Origin: Lepidodermella squamata
Taxonomy: Eukaryota > Animalia > Gastrotricha
Assembly (NCBI GenBank): GCA_047495785.1
Contig: JBLDXI010000013.1
Coordinates: forward strand, 3,844,001 to 3,908,000
DNA: 64,000 bases
Direction of reading: 5' to 3'
The notes under the pieces were generated by a model. That model was not told the origin of the DNA. It ran no database searches and was given only the letters and a program-made list of their open reading frames with translations. Shown one piece after another: positions 26,201 to 43,149 of the stretch (the stretch's first letter is position 1; every line of letters begins with the position of its first letter). The position numbers were made by a program, and so were the translations under genes.

Positions 26201-26844
26201 CCGTAAGGTATTCCGGGATAGCCCCAATGTATAGTATACATCGTGTATAGCGCGCACTTGTATACTATACAACCGTATACTATACAGCGTGTATACTATA
26301 CATGAATACTATACAACCATGGAGTGCGCACTAGGTGCTTGTATACCATACATGTATACTATACAAGTTGCAACTTCTTGAGCGCGCTTCTATGCAATCT
26401 ACGCGCAATCTACACAAGAAACAGCTTTTTAAAGCTCCTGAAATTAACTATTTTCGAGCCAATCAAATTATTACTCTTCTAGACATGTCCCTCATTCCAC
26501 AGTCTGGCCACAATTCAATTTGGCTGTAAAATTCATACCTAATTTTCCCGAAGCTGAATGCTAAACGCTTGTTCATAGAGCCTAGAGCAACTACCGATTT
26601 ACTTATCTAAATTCGAATGTTAAGCAGGGGGTCATGCTTCTACCAACTTGATCTGCATTTTAGGTTTGAAAACGGCCGTAATTTTGACGTACTTGTATGG
26701 TATACAAGTGCGCGCGCGCATCCGCAGCTTGTATAGTATACATGTATAGTATACACGCTGTATAGTATACGGTTGTATAGTATACAAGTGCGCGCTATAC
26801 ACGATGTATACTATACATTGGGGCTATCCCGGAATACCTTACGG
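26201..26844. mobile_element. Foldback-type MITE with >100-bp TIRs made of TATACTATAC modules (Mutator-like by TSD length)
   Basis: TIR starts CCGTAAGGTATTCCGGGATAGCCCC and is a perfect inverted repeat for ~104 bp. Direct repeat CCATCAGCAG at 26191-26200 and 26845-26854. Confidence 0.92.
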
Positions 26845-27031
26845 CCATCAGCAGCGCCGAGACCCCGAATCGAGATGATCGCAGGGGAACTTCGAAGATT
26901 TTCCACCAACAAAAACGGAATCCCGCTAATTTAGTCAAATTATTATGACACTAAAATAATTTAATTCTCGTGATGATTTTATGTTAATCTAATTGTTATG
27001 ATAAGATAATTTTTTGTTTAGCCTAGAAAAA

Positions 27032-27076
27032 GGGCGCGAATCTTGAAAAGTGCCCGCCAGTTTGAAGTTCCGCCCT
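27032..27076 (+). promoter_or_regulatory. E2F-like sites and CHR-like TTTGAA upstream of MCM7
   Basis: GGGCGCGAA (27032-40), TGCCCGCC, TTTGAA (27061-66) and TTCCGCCC are clustered ~300 nt before the ATG. MCM genes are established E2F targets. Confidence 0.5.
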
Positions 27077-27373
27077 TGGCATTTCGAAAACGCAATGGCT
27101 GCCAACTTGCACTTGATTCGTGATGTCCTAGTGCCAATCTCCCAAGTCCGAGTGGAGCGGTGGGCTGTGCGCTCTGCAGAATTTTTATTTACTTATTTTT
27201 CGTATTTCCGATAATATGATTGATTGACGCCTTCGATCTGTTCTACCGAAGAATGTCGAATGTCAACTATCAACTAGTCACTAAAAAGCGTCAACTGATG
27301 GTTGAAGATTAGCGTTATTTGAAGACTTGCATTTTCTGACTGTAGGAGTTACAGAGACAATATTATATTCAGA

Positions 27374-29906
27374 ATGCAGGCGCGCCGCAACTATGTGGAA
27401 GATAAAGGTATCTAATTAATTGAATATTTGTTCATTAATACATCCCGAATCTGTGTAATTTAGAAAAGCTGGGTACTTTCTTGCGAGAGTTTCACAGCAG
27501 CTCTGGGGATATGAACAAGCAGTTTAAATACACGAATATTCTGGTATGATTTGTCTGTTATACGATAATGACGTTGCCTTACAAGCCGATTTTAAACAGA
27601 CCCAAGCCGCTAACGAAGATCTGTCGCAGATCTCCATTGACTTGGACGACGTGGCTGATTTCGATGCCAATCTCGCCGATGCTATCTCGGGGAACGTTCT
27701 CCGCTATAAGCAGATGTTTTACGATGTGATCGACGATATGCTACCCAAGTATCGCACCAAGGAGGTTCAACCGGCAAATCCCCTTGACTTCTACATCGCT
27801 CATCAAATGCAAGCTGCTGAACGTGACAAATTGCGCGAAGAAGCTGCAGCTGGCAACGTTCAACAAGCCCCTAAGAAGCCGTATGGTAACCTGCCTCCTG
27901 AATTGGTGCGAAAATTGTGAGCTTGTTACATTGCGTATATTTTATTTCACTGACGAGCCTTGAATTTCAGCGATATCAACATTAAACCTCATTGGCACAG
28001 CAAATCTCTTGCCATTCGCGATGTTCGTTCCGCTCAAATTGGTCACCTTATTTCAGCTCGCGGCATTGTCACTCGTGTCAGTGAAGTCAAGCCCCTTCTT
28101 CGAGTCGCAACTTACACTTGCGAAAACTGCGGTGGCAACACTCATCAGCCTATTTCAGGCCTATCGTTCACACCTCTCAACGTTTGCCCTAGCGAAGTTT
28201 GCAAGGCCAATGTTTCGAAGGCTCAACAATCGCGGCTTGTTTTTGAGACTCGCGCTTCTAAGTTCGTCAAATTTCAAGAAGTCAAAATTCAAGAACATGT
28301 AAGTAACGAAAGTAAAATTCAAGGAATACTTAATTGAACGATTTGTATTTTAGACCGACCAAGTTCCAGTTGGTAATGTGCCTCGCAGTCTGACTGTATA
28401 CTGCTCTGGAAATAACACTGATATTTTGCAACCCGGTGATCACGTTTTGATCTCTGGCGCTTATCTGCCTGCGCCACGTGCCGGTTTCCAGCAAGTCCAG
28501 GCCGGTTTATTGACCGACGCCTACCTGGAAGCGGACACTATTGTCAAAGTAAACAAAAGCAATGACCAAATGGGCGACAGCGAGGAAATGACTCAAGATG
28601 AGCTGGACGTTATCCACTCTAGCGAAAACATTTACGAGCGACTTGCCTCTAGCATTGCGCCTGAAATCTACGGCCATGAAGACGTGAAGAAAGCGCTGTT
28701 GCTCCTTCTAGTCGGTGGTTCTGATTCGAAAGTCCAGGGCATGAAGATTCGCGGTAACATCAACATTTGTTTGATGGGCGATCCTGGTGTTGCTAAATCT
28801 CAACTCCTGTCCTACATCGACCGTATTTCTCCCCGCAGTCAATACACAACTGGCCGAGGTTCCAGCGGTGTTGGTTTGACCGCCGCCGTCCTGAAAGATC
28901 CGTTGACTGGCGAGATGGTGCTGGAAGGTGGTGCCCTAGTCCTCGCTGACCGCGGTGTTTGCTGCATCGACGAGTTCGATAAATTGCTCGAGGTCGACCG
29001 TGTCGCTATTCACGAAGTTATGGAGCAGCAAACCGTTTCGATTGCGAAGGCCGGTATTCTAACGACCCTCAACGCTCGAGTTTCGATTCTAGCAGCTGCT
29101 AACCCTGCTTTTGGTCGTTACAACCCGAAGCGAACTCTCGAGGAAAATATTCAACTTCCAGCCGCCTTATTGTCGCGTTTCGATCTTCTGTGGCTTATTC
29201 AAGATAAGGCTGATCGCGAGAATGACATTCGCTTGGCTAAGCACGTCGCCTACGTCCATCAACACAATGCAAACCCGCCGCGCGAGTTCGAACCGCTTGA
29301 TATGAAGTTGATTCGTAAATACATTGCTCTATGCAAGAATCACACCCCGGTCATCCCGCCGGCCCTGAGCAACTACATCGCCGGCGCCTATGTCTCCCTG
29401 CGCCGAGACGCTCGTGGCGCGAAAGACTCGACTTACACCTCGGCTCGTATCGTCCTCGCGGTTTGCCGTCTCGCCACTGCCCTCGCTCGTCTTCGTTTGC
29501 TGGATGAAGTCGATAAGATGGACGTTGACGAGGCGCTGCGTTTGTTGGAATCGTCGCGCGAGTCGTTGGCTGTTACGAAAATGCGAGCGGCTGCTCATCG
29601 CAAGAACATCGATACCCATGGCCAGATTTACACGCATATCCGCGAGTTGGTCGATCAACAAGCCGCTGAACAGGCTGATTCAATGGAAGTCGATGGCAGC
29701 ACTCAGAAAGAAATCTCAATCAACACGGTATGTTCTAAAATTATTAAGGTGGAATTTTTCGATAACGTCCTATTTTTCAGGTTTACTCGCGTTTGACCGC
29801 CCTTGGCTTCAACCAGGTGCAAATCGATGCTGCGATTGATCAGTACGAAAAGCTGGACGTTTGGTACCTGAACCAGCAGCGCTCTCGCCTCACCTTTGCT
29901 GCCTGA
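27374..29906 (+). CDS. MCM7: DNA replication licensing factor MCM7 (multi-exon)
   Basis: Zn finger TYTCENCG...[69 protein letters not shown] and YTSAR. Confidence 0.97.
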
Positions 29907-30987
29907 GAACTCCATGATAATTTCTTGCTCTGTAATTCTTTTGCCAATATGTGTGTTATCTTTTTGTCTCCATAACATTCATTCCGTGACAACTATTTCG
30001 TTTTTTGTCTTATTAATTCTTCGCATCGTTTTGGAGCTTAATCTCGTCAATGTTTTTATGTCTCTCTGCCAAACTGCTGGTTTCAAGTTTTTTTTGATCG
30101 ACGTTTGATCGATTCGAGTTTTAGGCATGATAATGACCGGTTGCATGCGATTTCCTAGTAAAACAATCCTGGTGTCATAAAATGGTCTCTTTGTCACAAG
30201 TTCTCCTGGGTTCGATGCTCAAGGTTGAATTCAGATATCGATTAGAAATTGCCCGTGATTAAATTGGTAAAGAATTAAAGCAGTCTGCCAGAAACGTGGA
30301 ATGCCATCGAAGGCCACAATGCTAATTTTGAGCGAGTCGAACTGTTCTGGGACAGGAATATCAATGCCGGAAGTGCCATTAATAAGGAACCTTTCCAACT
30401 GTTGAATGAAATACGAACTTCAAATGAGACCAGTTTATATTGGGAAAAAGTGATTCCGAAAACCCAGCGTAAAAAGTAGATTAACCCAACGTACTGGGTT
30501 CTTCAGTCATCTGGAATCCATATCTGGACAGAATGACAGTAATAATTTCAGCGGGCCAGCTCGCCTGAAATTTAATTTCAAAAATTTCAATTTGATGGAA
30601 ATATGGCGATTTCTTATCAATAAATGAAACCCACTTACAGGAAATCTGCTTTGATTTAGCTTCAGCTTTCGAACGGTACCCCATTCAAGGGGCCTCCACC
30701 CTGCTACAACTTTCGAATCTTGCCACGCCGAATTCGCCCCATTTTGGCATGTCAAAAGTGAATGTGATACAAATTTCATACTGTGCTGTGACCAGCTGTG
30801 CCAAGTCTTTCCAAGCTAAACGTGGTGTTGAAACAGGGTAAATATATATTGAAAAATTGAGCACGCGACTACCTCCCGGTGCAACTGAACCACACTACAT
30901 TGACTTCACTTGTTTCTGGGCTATCAAACAACCAGAATAAGTCTCACTTTTTGAACAGCCCAGACATCAGAATAACGTTCAAACAAA

Positions 30988-33900
30988 ATGGGCTCAAAAC
31001 ATTGCCTCTTACTACTATTAATTTTTTATACTATTGTTGAAGTTACTTTTGCGGGTCCTCGCAACAATTATCGAGGTAATAATTTAACGTTTAATAGCTC
31101 AGATTTGAACTTGAATTGCCCCCTTGAATACTCGATCCTAGATGATGAAATTTACACCTAATTTTTGCTTCCTACAGCACGGCGAGATACCCAGCCTTAT
31201 CATGGCATTTGTTCTGGCGACAACATTGTTGACCTATCATCGATAACTTATGGCGAGCTTCTGAGCCACCAATTCGAAGGTTCCCTCGCCAACCAAACGG
31301 AAAAAATCGACAATCCTCTTCCATTGAGGTGTTCATGGCAATTGAATCTAGGTTCTGCCAGCCCGGACGATAAGGCTTTCATCAAACTAGAATTTCACGA
31401 TTTCGACATTCCGTACGAGGCTGATTTTAATGTAGACGATATCTCAGTCGAGACCACTAACATTACCGAGCTGCTTTGCGAGCAGAATTACGTCAAAATC
31501 CAGTCAAATGAAGGACAGGATACTGAATTACTCGGCATTCATTGCGGGGGCGGTTTCATCTCACCCTACAATGTACCAATTGGTAGTTCGGTGACGATTT
31601 CGGTCCTAATTTCCGAGCCTTTCCGAGGATTCCGAATTGAATTCAAGCGCCTATCAGCTAAGGATCGGGCTGAATCTGGCATTGATGAGTTTGCAATTTG
31701 CCCGAGAAATAATTCTTTCGCTTGCCCGGATCCAGCACTCGGCATCAGTTGCTTACCGAATGAATTCAAGGTATTGCTTATCGATTCTCAATCCTATTAT
31801 TCATGTAATTAAATCATTTTTCAGTGCGATGGTTCTAAAGATTGCAAAAATGGCGAGGATGAGTCATCATGCGAAGCTGGCCCTTTGACAAGAAGCGATC
31901 TTGCCGATGAGTCATTTCAAACAGGCAAAACTGGGGTGATACGTTCTATGGGCTATCCCTCCAGTCCTTACTCGAACAACGCTCGACGCCGATGGCGAAT
32001 CCTAACGCCGACTGGAATGGTAATTAAATTTTTTACCAGTCTATAATTTATTTTAATTATTTTACCTTAAAGCACATCAAAATCGAATTCAACACGAAAA
32101 AATTTGGCATCGAAATGTCGGACGATGCGCTTGCCGAAGATTGCCTGCACGACAAATTGTCGTTTTTCGTTGTCGAAAAGAAATTCGTCGAGCCCGTTAG
32201 ACTGATTGGAACAGTTTGCGGCGCCTTTCCGCCAAATGCTACAGTTGTTCCTACTAACGAGCTGTTGGTCGAATTTGAGACTGACGCCGAAAACGCGTAC
32301 GACGGTTTCGAATTTACTTGGACGGCGGTGAAGGAGAACAAAAGTTTGGAACGGCCATCTGAACGGGCTGATTTGGTACACGTTTATGAAATTCCTGAAA
32401 ACGAGGAAGAGGTTGGCGGGGAGGCACCGACTGATAACGAGGAAATTCCGATTGAGCCGTCAGATGACGGCGATAATACGGAAGATCCAACCTCGAATGG
32501 GGACGACGATGGCGAGAATGATGGTAGGATTGCTGACGGAAATCACGACGAGGATGGGGAAAGGAGTGACGGCACAATTACGTATGACACGGGCGAACCA
32601 GAAGACCCAAAACAAAAGGGAGGCTGGCCCGTAAAGAAGAAGGTATTTTTGAACCCTAGACAATTTTTTATCACTGAGGACTAAAATTCCCTCCCAGTTA
32701 TCAGAATTTAAACTCTTTTTACTGTGGATAAGGAACCCTTGGACACTTTAGGCAGGTTATCAAGTTTTCAGGGTTGAAACTGAAAAACATGGGATTTTAA
32801 AGTTTTTAATTGTGTTTATTTTCTGAAGACGACCGTAAAGCCTGCTACTGTCGTTGGAGATGTTGGAAATCGCCAGCAAGGTACGAAAAGAGTGCCAAAC
32901 CCTTGCGCTGGCGGTGGAGTGGCCTATCACGCCCGCAGCGGCATGATCAGCAGCCCCGAGAATATCGCGCCTGGAGTCGTCAAGTGCCATTGGCGCCTAG
33001 ACCCCCGCCTGCCAGCCGGTTCGTACCAGCAAGCCATCGGCATCCGCTTCTACGACTTTGCGATCGACCCGCGCCATACCGACTGCTCGAAGCCTATTCT
33101 TACCATCGAGTTTGTTTCCCCCAAGGATAACAAAATTGTCAAAGTTGCATACTCCTGTGGTGCCAAATTTCCGCCATTTGAAGAGGAAGAAAAAGCTACA
33201 ACCTCTCGGCCTCTTGAGATATATTTCTACCCTAATGGGATGAAGCACAGATTTTCTATGGGTTTCATTGTCCTAGCGACTCGTAATAAGCCAAATGGTG
33301 GTTCAAACATCAGGCCCACTCCCCCTCCTAGCCGTCCGACCTTCATGCTGTCGAAGAATTGCGGCCGATCGAACGCTCTGCCACCAGCGATCGGTGTTCG
33401 CTCGGGGCCTTCGCAACGAATCGTTGGAGGCATTCAAGCTGGTAGAGGGGCTTGGAAATGGACCGTTTCTCTGGCTTTTCGTGGCCTGCACTGGTGCGGG
33501 GCTTCAATTCTCAACAGAAGTATTAATTTATAATTTTTTGTCTCTGGAAACTTTATTCTTTATTTTTATTAGGGTGGATTGTCACGGCCGCTCATTGTTT
33601 CAGACAAGAGCCGTTAAACCGCAAAAAGGGCTGGGAGGTGGTCATTGGTCGGCATGGTAAATTCGATAATATAGCTTTCGATAGCAAATCGCCGCTGCTG
33701 AAACCGAAAATCAAGCACATCATGATACACAGAAATTACGCGAAGCCCCCGAATATCAAACAAAGTGACATCGCTCTCATTCTACTCGAAGAAGGGGTAA
33801 TTTTTAAATAATAAAACCTTCAAGCAGGGTCAAAGTGGAGGTATAGCGCCTGCCGTATTTTGTGATTTTATGAAAAATGTTAAATGTATTAAAAAAAAGT

Positions 33901-34624
33901 TGGAAAATCTGACCTTCAAGTTTTAAAAATTTGTGAATTTGGGTTCCACCACTTGATTTTTCCGATTATTTATGATTCCCAAGCTTTCGTTACTTGATCG
34001 ATGCCTCTTTGGGCCAAAGCTTCAGATTTAGAATTGAAAGGAATTTTGTTCGGCCTTAAATAATTATTCATCGATTATTATTTTTGTACATGCAGATCCC
34101 AGCAACTCATTTGGGGGAATCCATTTGCCTGCCTAGTCGAGATGTACACCTAACCGACAGGTGCATGGTTGTTGGCTGGGGCGACACCAAAAATTCAGGC
34201 AGCGAGAACGTGCTGAAAGAGGCTGCGATGCCGATTGTCGATAACAACGTGTGCAGAGGCATGAACACGAATTACCAGGCTCAAGTTTTACCATCTATGA
34301 TTTGCGCCGGCTACCAGCAGGGCGGCGTCGATTCGTGCCAGGGTGACTCTGGCGGGCCGTTGCATTGCTACATCAACGGGCGGTGGGAACTCCAAGGCAT
34401 TGTTTCGTTCGGCAAAGGATGCGCCGGCAAAAATGCACCTGGCGTTTACACGGTACGATTTTTTTTATTTAAATCGACTTCAGCCAAATTTAATTCGGAA
34501 AATTTCATTTTTAACTCTGTTTCAGCGCGTCTGGCTTTATATGGATTGGATCGAAAAAGTTACTACCGGCTTTACCAGATCGCAGCGATCGATCGACTAT
34601 GAAGATTACGTTTTGCTCGACTAA
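30988..34624 (+). CDS. Secreted modular serine protease 1: signal peptide-CUB-LDLa-CUB-acidic linker-CUB-trypsin (multi-exon)
   Basis: CUB motifs ([20 protein letters not shown]), LDLa [21 protein letters not shown], activation site R-IVGG, triad TAAHC / DIALI / GDSGGP, and S1 Asp (VDSCQG). Confidence 0.9.
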
Positions 34625-35867
34625 AAAAATCGCCACTAGAAAAACGAAGCCAGCTTTCATTCTCTCTTACAAACAAAAGTTTGTGTTGTTGGAATATTTC
34701 TCCTTATGATCACCTTTGTTTTGTGAAATTTGAATAAAAATTAATAAATATTCGTCTGTAAGTACGCCAGAAAATTTCTGAGTTGAATTTCCGAGATAAG
34801 TCGTCATTAATTTTTCACGAGAAATGTTGATAGCTCTCGAGAAACAAATGGCCTGATTCAATGGTTAATGGAGAAACAAATGGTCAGCTGATTCATCATC
34901 GCTTGGAGGTAAAGTGAACAAAATAATCGCTTCCTTTTTTTAACGGTTTCGAGACGGTTTCGATCATTTTTCTGCGGGTTTGGTTGGCGGATTCAGACAG
35001 AGGAAATCACGAAGAATACGCTGGTTCTTTTTTCGGAGTTTTTATAGAAATCTTAACTGGTTTTATTTACGAAAATAAAATTAATTTTTGTGATCAAATT
35101 GAAGCAGTTTATTAACGGTCAGCCCACCATCATGGCCCACATTTCGATACTTGGAGCTTGGAGCGCGTTTGGATTTTCCAGGAATTTTAGAAATAAGTCT
35201 CCCGCTCTACAAAAACTGGAGGTTCCATTCTACAATCTTTGCTGACAGCACGGACGCTATACACCCACATGGCACATGGCCCGTGTCGAAAAATCTTCTC
35301 CAAGTTGGCACCTGTCACCCTAAAATTCTTCTGCATTTATCTTTACCTCCAAGCGCCGATGAATCAGCTGACCATCTGACTACCTTTTCACCCTTTTCTT
35401 GTGAGTAATCAGTCTATTGTAAATTATGTCAATGGACACGTCGCAAAAGAAAGAGGCCTGTTGCGTCACCAAATTTCGGGGTGACTGGGCGCTAATAAAA
35501 ATAATGTACTTGAACAATTCAAAAATATAACCCAACTTAAATAAATATAAGGGCCCTTTTTATACGGCATATTCTAAATATACCGCAGTGTCTCATTTCA
35601 CTTTTTCATCTATGCTTCAAGTCTACCAATCTATCAATAGGTAACGAATAATAGTCATTGACAGATCAATGGCGAGATTGATGATTTATATCGAGCGCAT
35701 GCAAGCACCCCAAAAAACAGTCGCTTTTTTGCGCGTGCCAGCATGAGCCACATCGATTTATCACTGACTAATATTCGTTTTACATACCTCTTTATACTCT
35801 GTAGGTACTTCTTCCCACCCTTTGTAATACACGTAGTTGTCATAATCTTGTTGTAACCAAACAAACA

Positions 35868-36608
35868 ATGAATACTGCCTTACAACAAGCTTTAACTTTC
35901 GGTTTAGCAACTGGTCTGCCGGCTGGAGCTTCGCATTACTGTTTCGGTCCGAAAGGAATATTTCTCGGCGAGTTCATCTTCGCTAACATTATTAACATGT
36001 ATTAATAGTTCGTTTTTAAAAAAAGGTACTGCCGCTGGGATTGCATGGCTCCCGCAAATGCAACCCTTGATAACAAAGGTCGCAGACCGTTTTCTGTCTT
36101 CGGATTACCTGGAAACTGCTGCCCTCAAGGAGAAAACTGTAGAAATATGTGAGGGACTTGCGAATTGCGTCTGTGATCCGACATTTTTAATGGCACCTTC
36201 TGGACCCGCCATGTTTGATCTCATGATGAAATATAATACATCTCCTTCACCTCATCACTTTCGCGTCATTGCTCTCGCTGCTGCGGAACATGCTCGTCAC
36301 AAAATAGCCCCGGCGCTTCTAACAACATTGATAGTCTTCTCAGGAACTGCTCTGGGTACTTTGGCAGGTCCAATTGGAACCGTTGCAGGTATATATACTT
36401 CATTAATTTCAAAGTGAAATAATGAAGGTATTTGATAAATCATTTCACAGGCGCTGGTGTTGGTTCGCTTTTGGCTTACAAAGTTGCTATGCGCGGGGAT
36501 CCAGTTACTCTGGCTTTAAATTTACTGCGAAAGTTGACGAATGAAGAAAGAGAGCAATTCGCCTATGCGCTACGACTAATTGCTGAACAGATTCGCGCTA
36601 CACAGTAG
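35868..36608 (+). CDS. Glycine-zipper membrane protein, C19orf12/Nazo-like in its C-terminal half (3 exons, first intron GC-AG)
   Basis: Spliced product contains GTALGTLAGPIGTVAGAGVGSLLAYK...NLLRKLTNEEREQF, resembling C19orf12 GPPGLAVGGAVGGLLGAW...ILMELPPAEQQRL (recalled). Confidence 0.55.
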
Positions 36609-37440
36609 CTTCTTGTGGAACCGGATTAACCGATTATAACCGAATTGTTTTGCTTACCTTGATGATTTCATCATGAACGAAAAACGAAGTAATTTGCTCA
36701 GTTGGCCTTTCAACTTTCTGGGGCATTACACCATTTTCTTGTTGGCGAAATCATGTGATAATAGCAAAATAAAATTTTGCCTAATTACTACTGCATCGGG
36801 GTGTTATTTCGGACAAGAACGTGTTTTTTGGGATTCGTTTTTCACGGTGAATGAAAACGAATCAAAACGCACTGTGCACCAAAAGATGGGCTTTGAAAAA
36901 GCCTTACAAAAAACTTTAAAAATAACCGAAAAATACACCTGCACAAATATTAACGAGTACAATGGCTGACTAGTCAAATATCTGAAAAAAACTGGCGAGA
37001 TTTCGGACAGTGAAAATTCAAATTAGGGTCACATTTTAGAGAGGGAAAAAATTTAACTAAAACAATCAATATCGTTTAGGATTCAGACACCCTCGATAGT
37101 AATATTCACTCCTAACGCAGCTCAGCGCTGTTCTCACTGATGCATACAGTTTCAATAATTTGAAAAATGATGGAAATCTTTATTACATTTTTGAATTTTG
37201 ATATTTCCGAAATTCTAGGCAAGACAAACTTTTCTTTCAGAAGCAATAAATACAATGTCAAAACTGTCCCTCTCAACTCGACCGAAGTAAGGGGTCACGC
37301 TACAGTAATAATCGCCTCTATTATTTAGTTACCTACGACGTGAAAGTACTTGAGTTGAACAAACCATTTTGTTGTCGGCTGAAAGGGGGCAACTGTTCTA
37401 ATGACGCAAGTAGGCTTCCTTCAAGTTTTCGCTTACATCG

Positions 37441-37887
37441 AAATTTAACCGCCTCAAAATATACCGGAAGGTGAAAATAACCCGTTGCCAAATTCAAGTC
37501 ACATCGAGATACAATCGAGTTTTATATAACGAAGGTATTCAAGAGGCGACGAATTGGCCCCGGGCTAACCAACGTGTCCTACTCAATGGCGCCCGAGGGC
37601 GATTGCAGAGCAGCTGTGGACACGCCAGTCGGCCGGTGGTAAATTGGGGCGGTGTTTTGAGTCGCCGGAACCGTTGAAACGGCCCGGCAAAAATTTCGAT
37701 GTAAGCGAAATTCGAAGTAAGTTTGCTTGCGCCACGACAGGAGTTCCTTCCAGTCGACAACTAGCGGTGAGCGTCGTCGACTTCGCGCGACTTTTGGGTC
37801 GGCAAAGTGCCTGGCCAAGAGCGCCCACTTGAACCCACCTGTCCGCAGCGCAGCGACCGCCAACAACACGCGATGTGTCGATGACAT
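37441..37887 (-). mobile_element. Possible decayed LTR/DIRS-type reverse transcriptase remnant
   Basis: A stop-interrupted frame reads RRLLNTFVI*...LNLATGYFHLPVYFEAVKF, resembling the DLxxGY/AYFHxP RT motif. Confidence 0.25.
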
Positions 37888-38986
37888 GATGGCCGTGCGG
37901 TGACAAGCTTAAAAAAATGAAGAGAAACGACGGCCTTATATACCCTAGCTGCATGCACTCATAAGGCGTGATGCAATGTGCTTTCATTCTGATGCCAGCG
38001 CGCGTTATCAATAAAAAAACGCGTGGAGTATTTGCCCTACTGGACGAAAATACGGCAGATAAAAGAATTATTAAAAAACATTGCTCACACGCCCATTTTC
38101 CGGTCTTGTGATACCCCGGGTTGTCCTCGGTTCGGGTTTTACCCGGGTCCGGGTCGGATCCGGGTCCGCCCCGTGGATTGGGTGGGGGTTACCACGCCAC
38201 AGCTCGAAACTCACCGTACCGTAAAATTTATTGTGTTAAATGTGACTTATCAGCGGGAAAATTGACAAGCCCATTTCCGCAAGGTAGCGGTGAAAATGTC
38301 ATGAAAAAGTACCTTAGACGACCAGGAAAAGCCCCAGAAAAGCCCCCGGTTCGATCCGGGTTTGGGATTCCTAAATCCGAGTCGGATCGCTTCCAATATT
38401 TCAGACACGAGGACAACTCTGGTGATACATGTGAGGAAATTCGAGCTCGAAAAGAGGTCATTCCAGGTAATTCGACCGCGACGACCCGAGATCTCGAATC
38501 ATCGCGAATTGTTGGCAGTACGCAAGAAATGGAAACTGGAACTTACCGTTACTGAGGAAATCAAGTATTAAGTTGGTCACGTGACCTAAACTGAAGTCAC
38601 ACCTCAGCGGCAATCTCGCGAACGGTGATAGCTGGGAAAAACAAACAATTATGAACTGCCGACAAGATGATCGTTAAGCGCTTAGAATTTATTACAGATG
38701 ACCTTATTTTTTTCTTCATTTTCTGAAATTTGCAGAATCTGCACCTCACCTTACCTTTCAACGAACTATAGAATGGATGGGACAACAAGGTTTGTTTTTG
38801 GGATTTAAACCCGCCATTTTATCAAAAATTGCATTAAAAACACGTTATGCTGGCGTTTCAAGCTGATGTATCGTTTCGCTGCTGTAAACATCGCGTGCCG
38901 CCGCAACATGGCGCCAAAATATTGCATTGAAACTTGAGAAAACGAACCTTCTCCGGCCATTTTTCACTCATCCTCATGAAACAAAC

Positions 38987-43006
<4,020 letters not shown>

Positions 43007-43149
43007 ATTTTAAAATAACTAAAAAATGCCCTGATTACACTAGTCTGTCTACTGAACTTTGTTGCCGAAATAAAAGTTGTTACCACCTTGAAAAATTCAA
43101 AATATTTTTCGATTTTAATTAGATTATATTTGAGCAAAGAAAATCATAC

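Noticed and set aside
26220-26830. Regularly repeated TATACTATAC units resembling a CRISPR or satellite array
   Set aside because: They are modules of the TIRs of a TSD-flanked MITE in eukaryotic DNA, with no unique spacers or cas genes.
38105-38400. CCGGG/CCCGG-rich patch with a GGTTCGATCC tRNA T-loop-like motif
   Set aside because: No cloverleaf can be built. Probably a repeat remnant whose ends I could not define.
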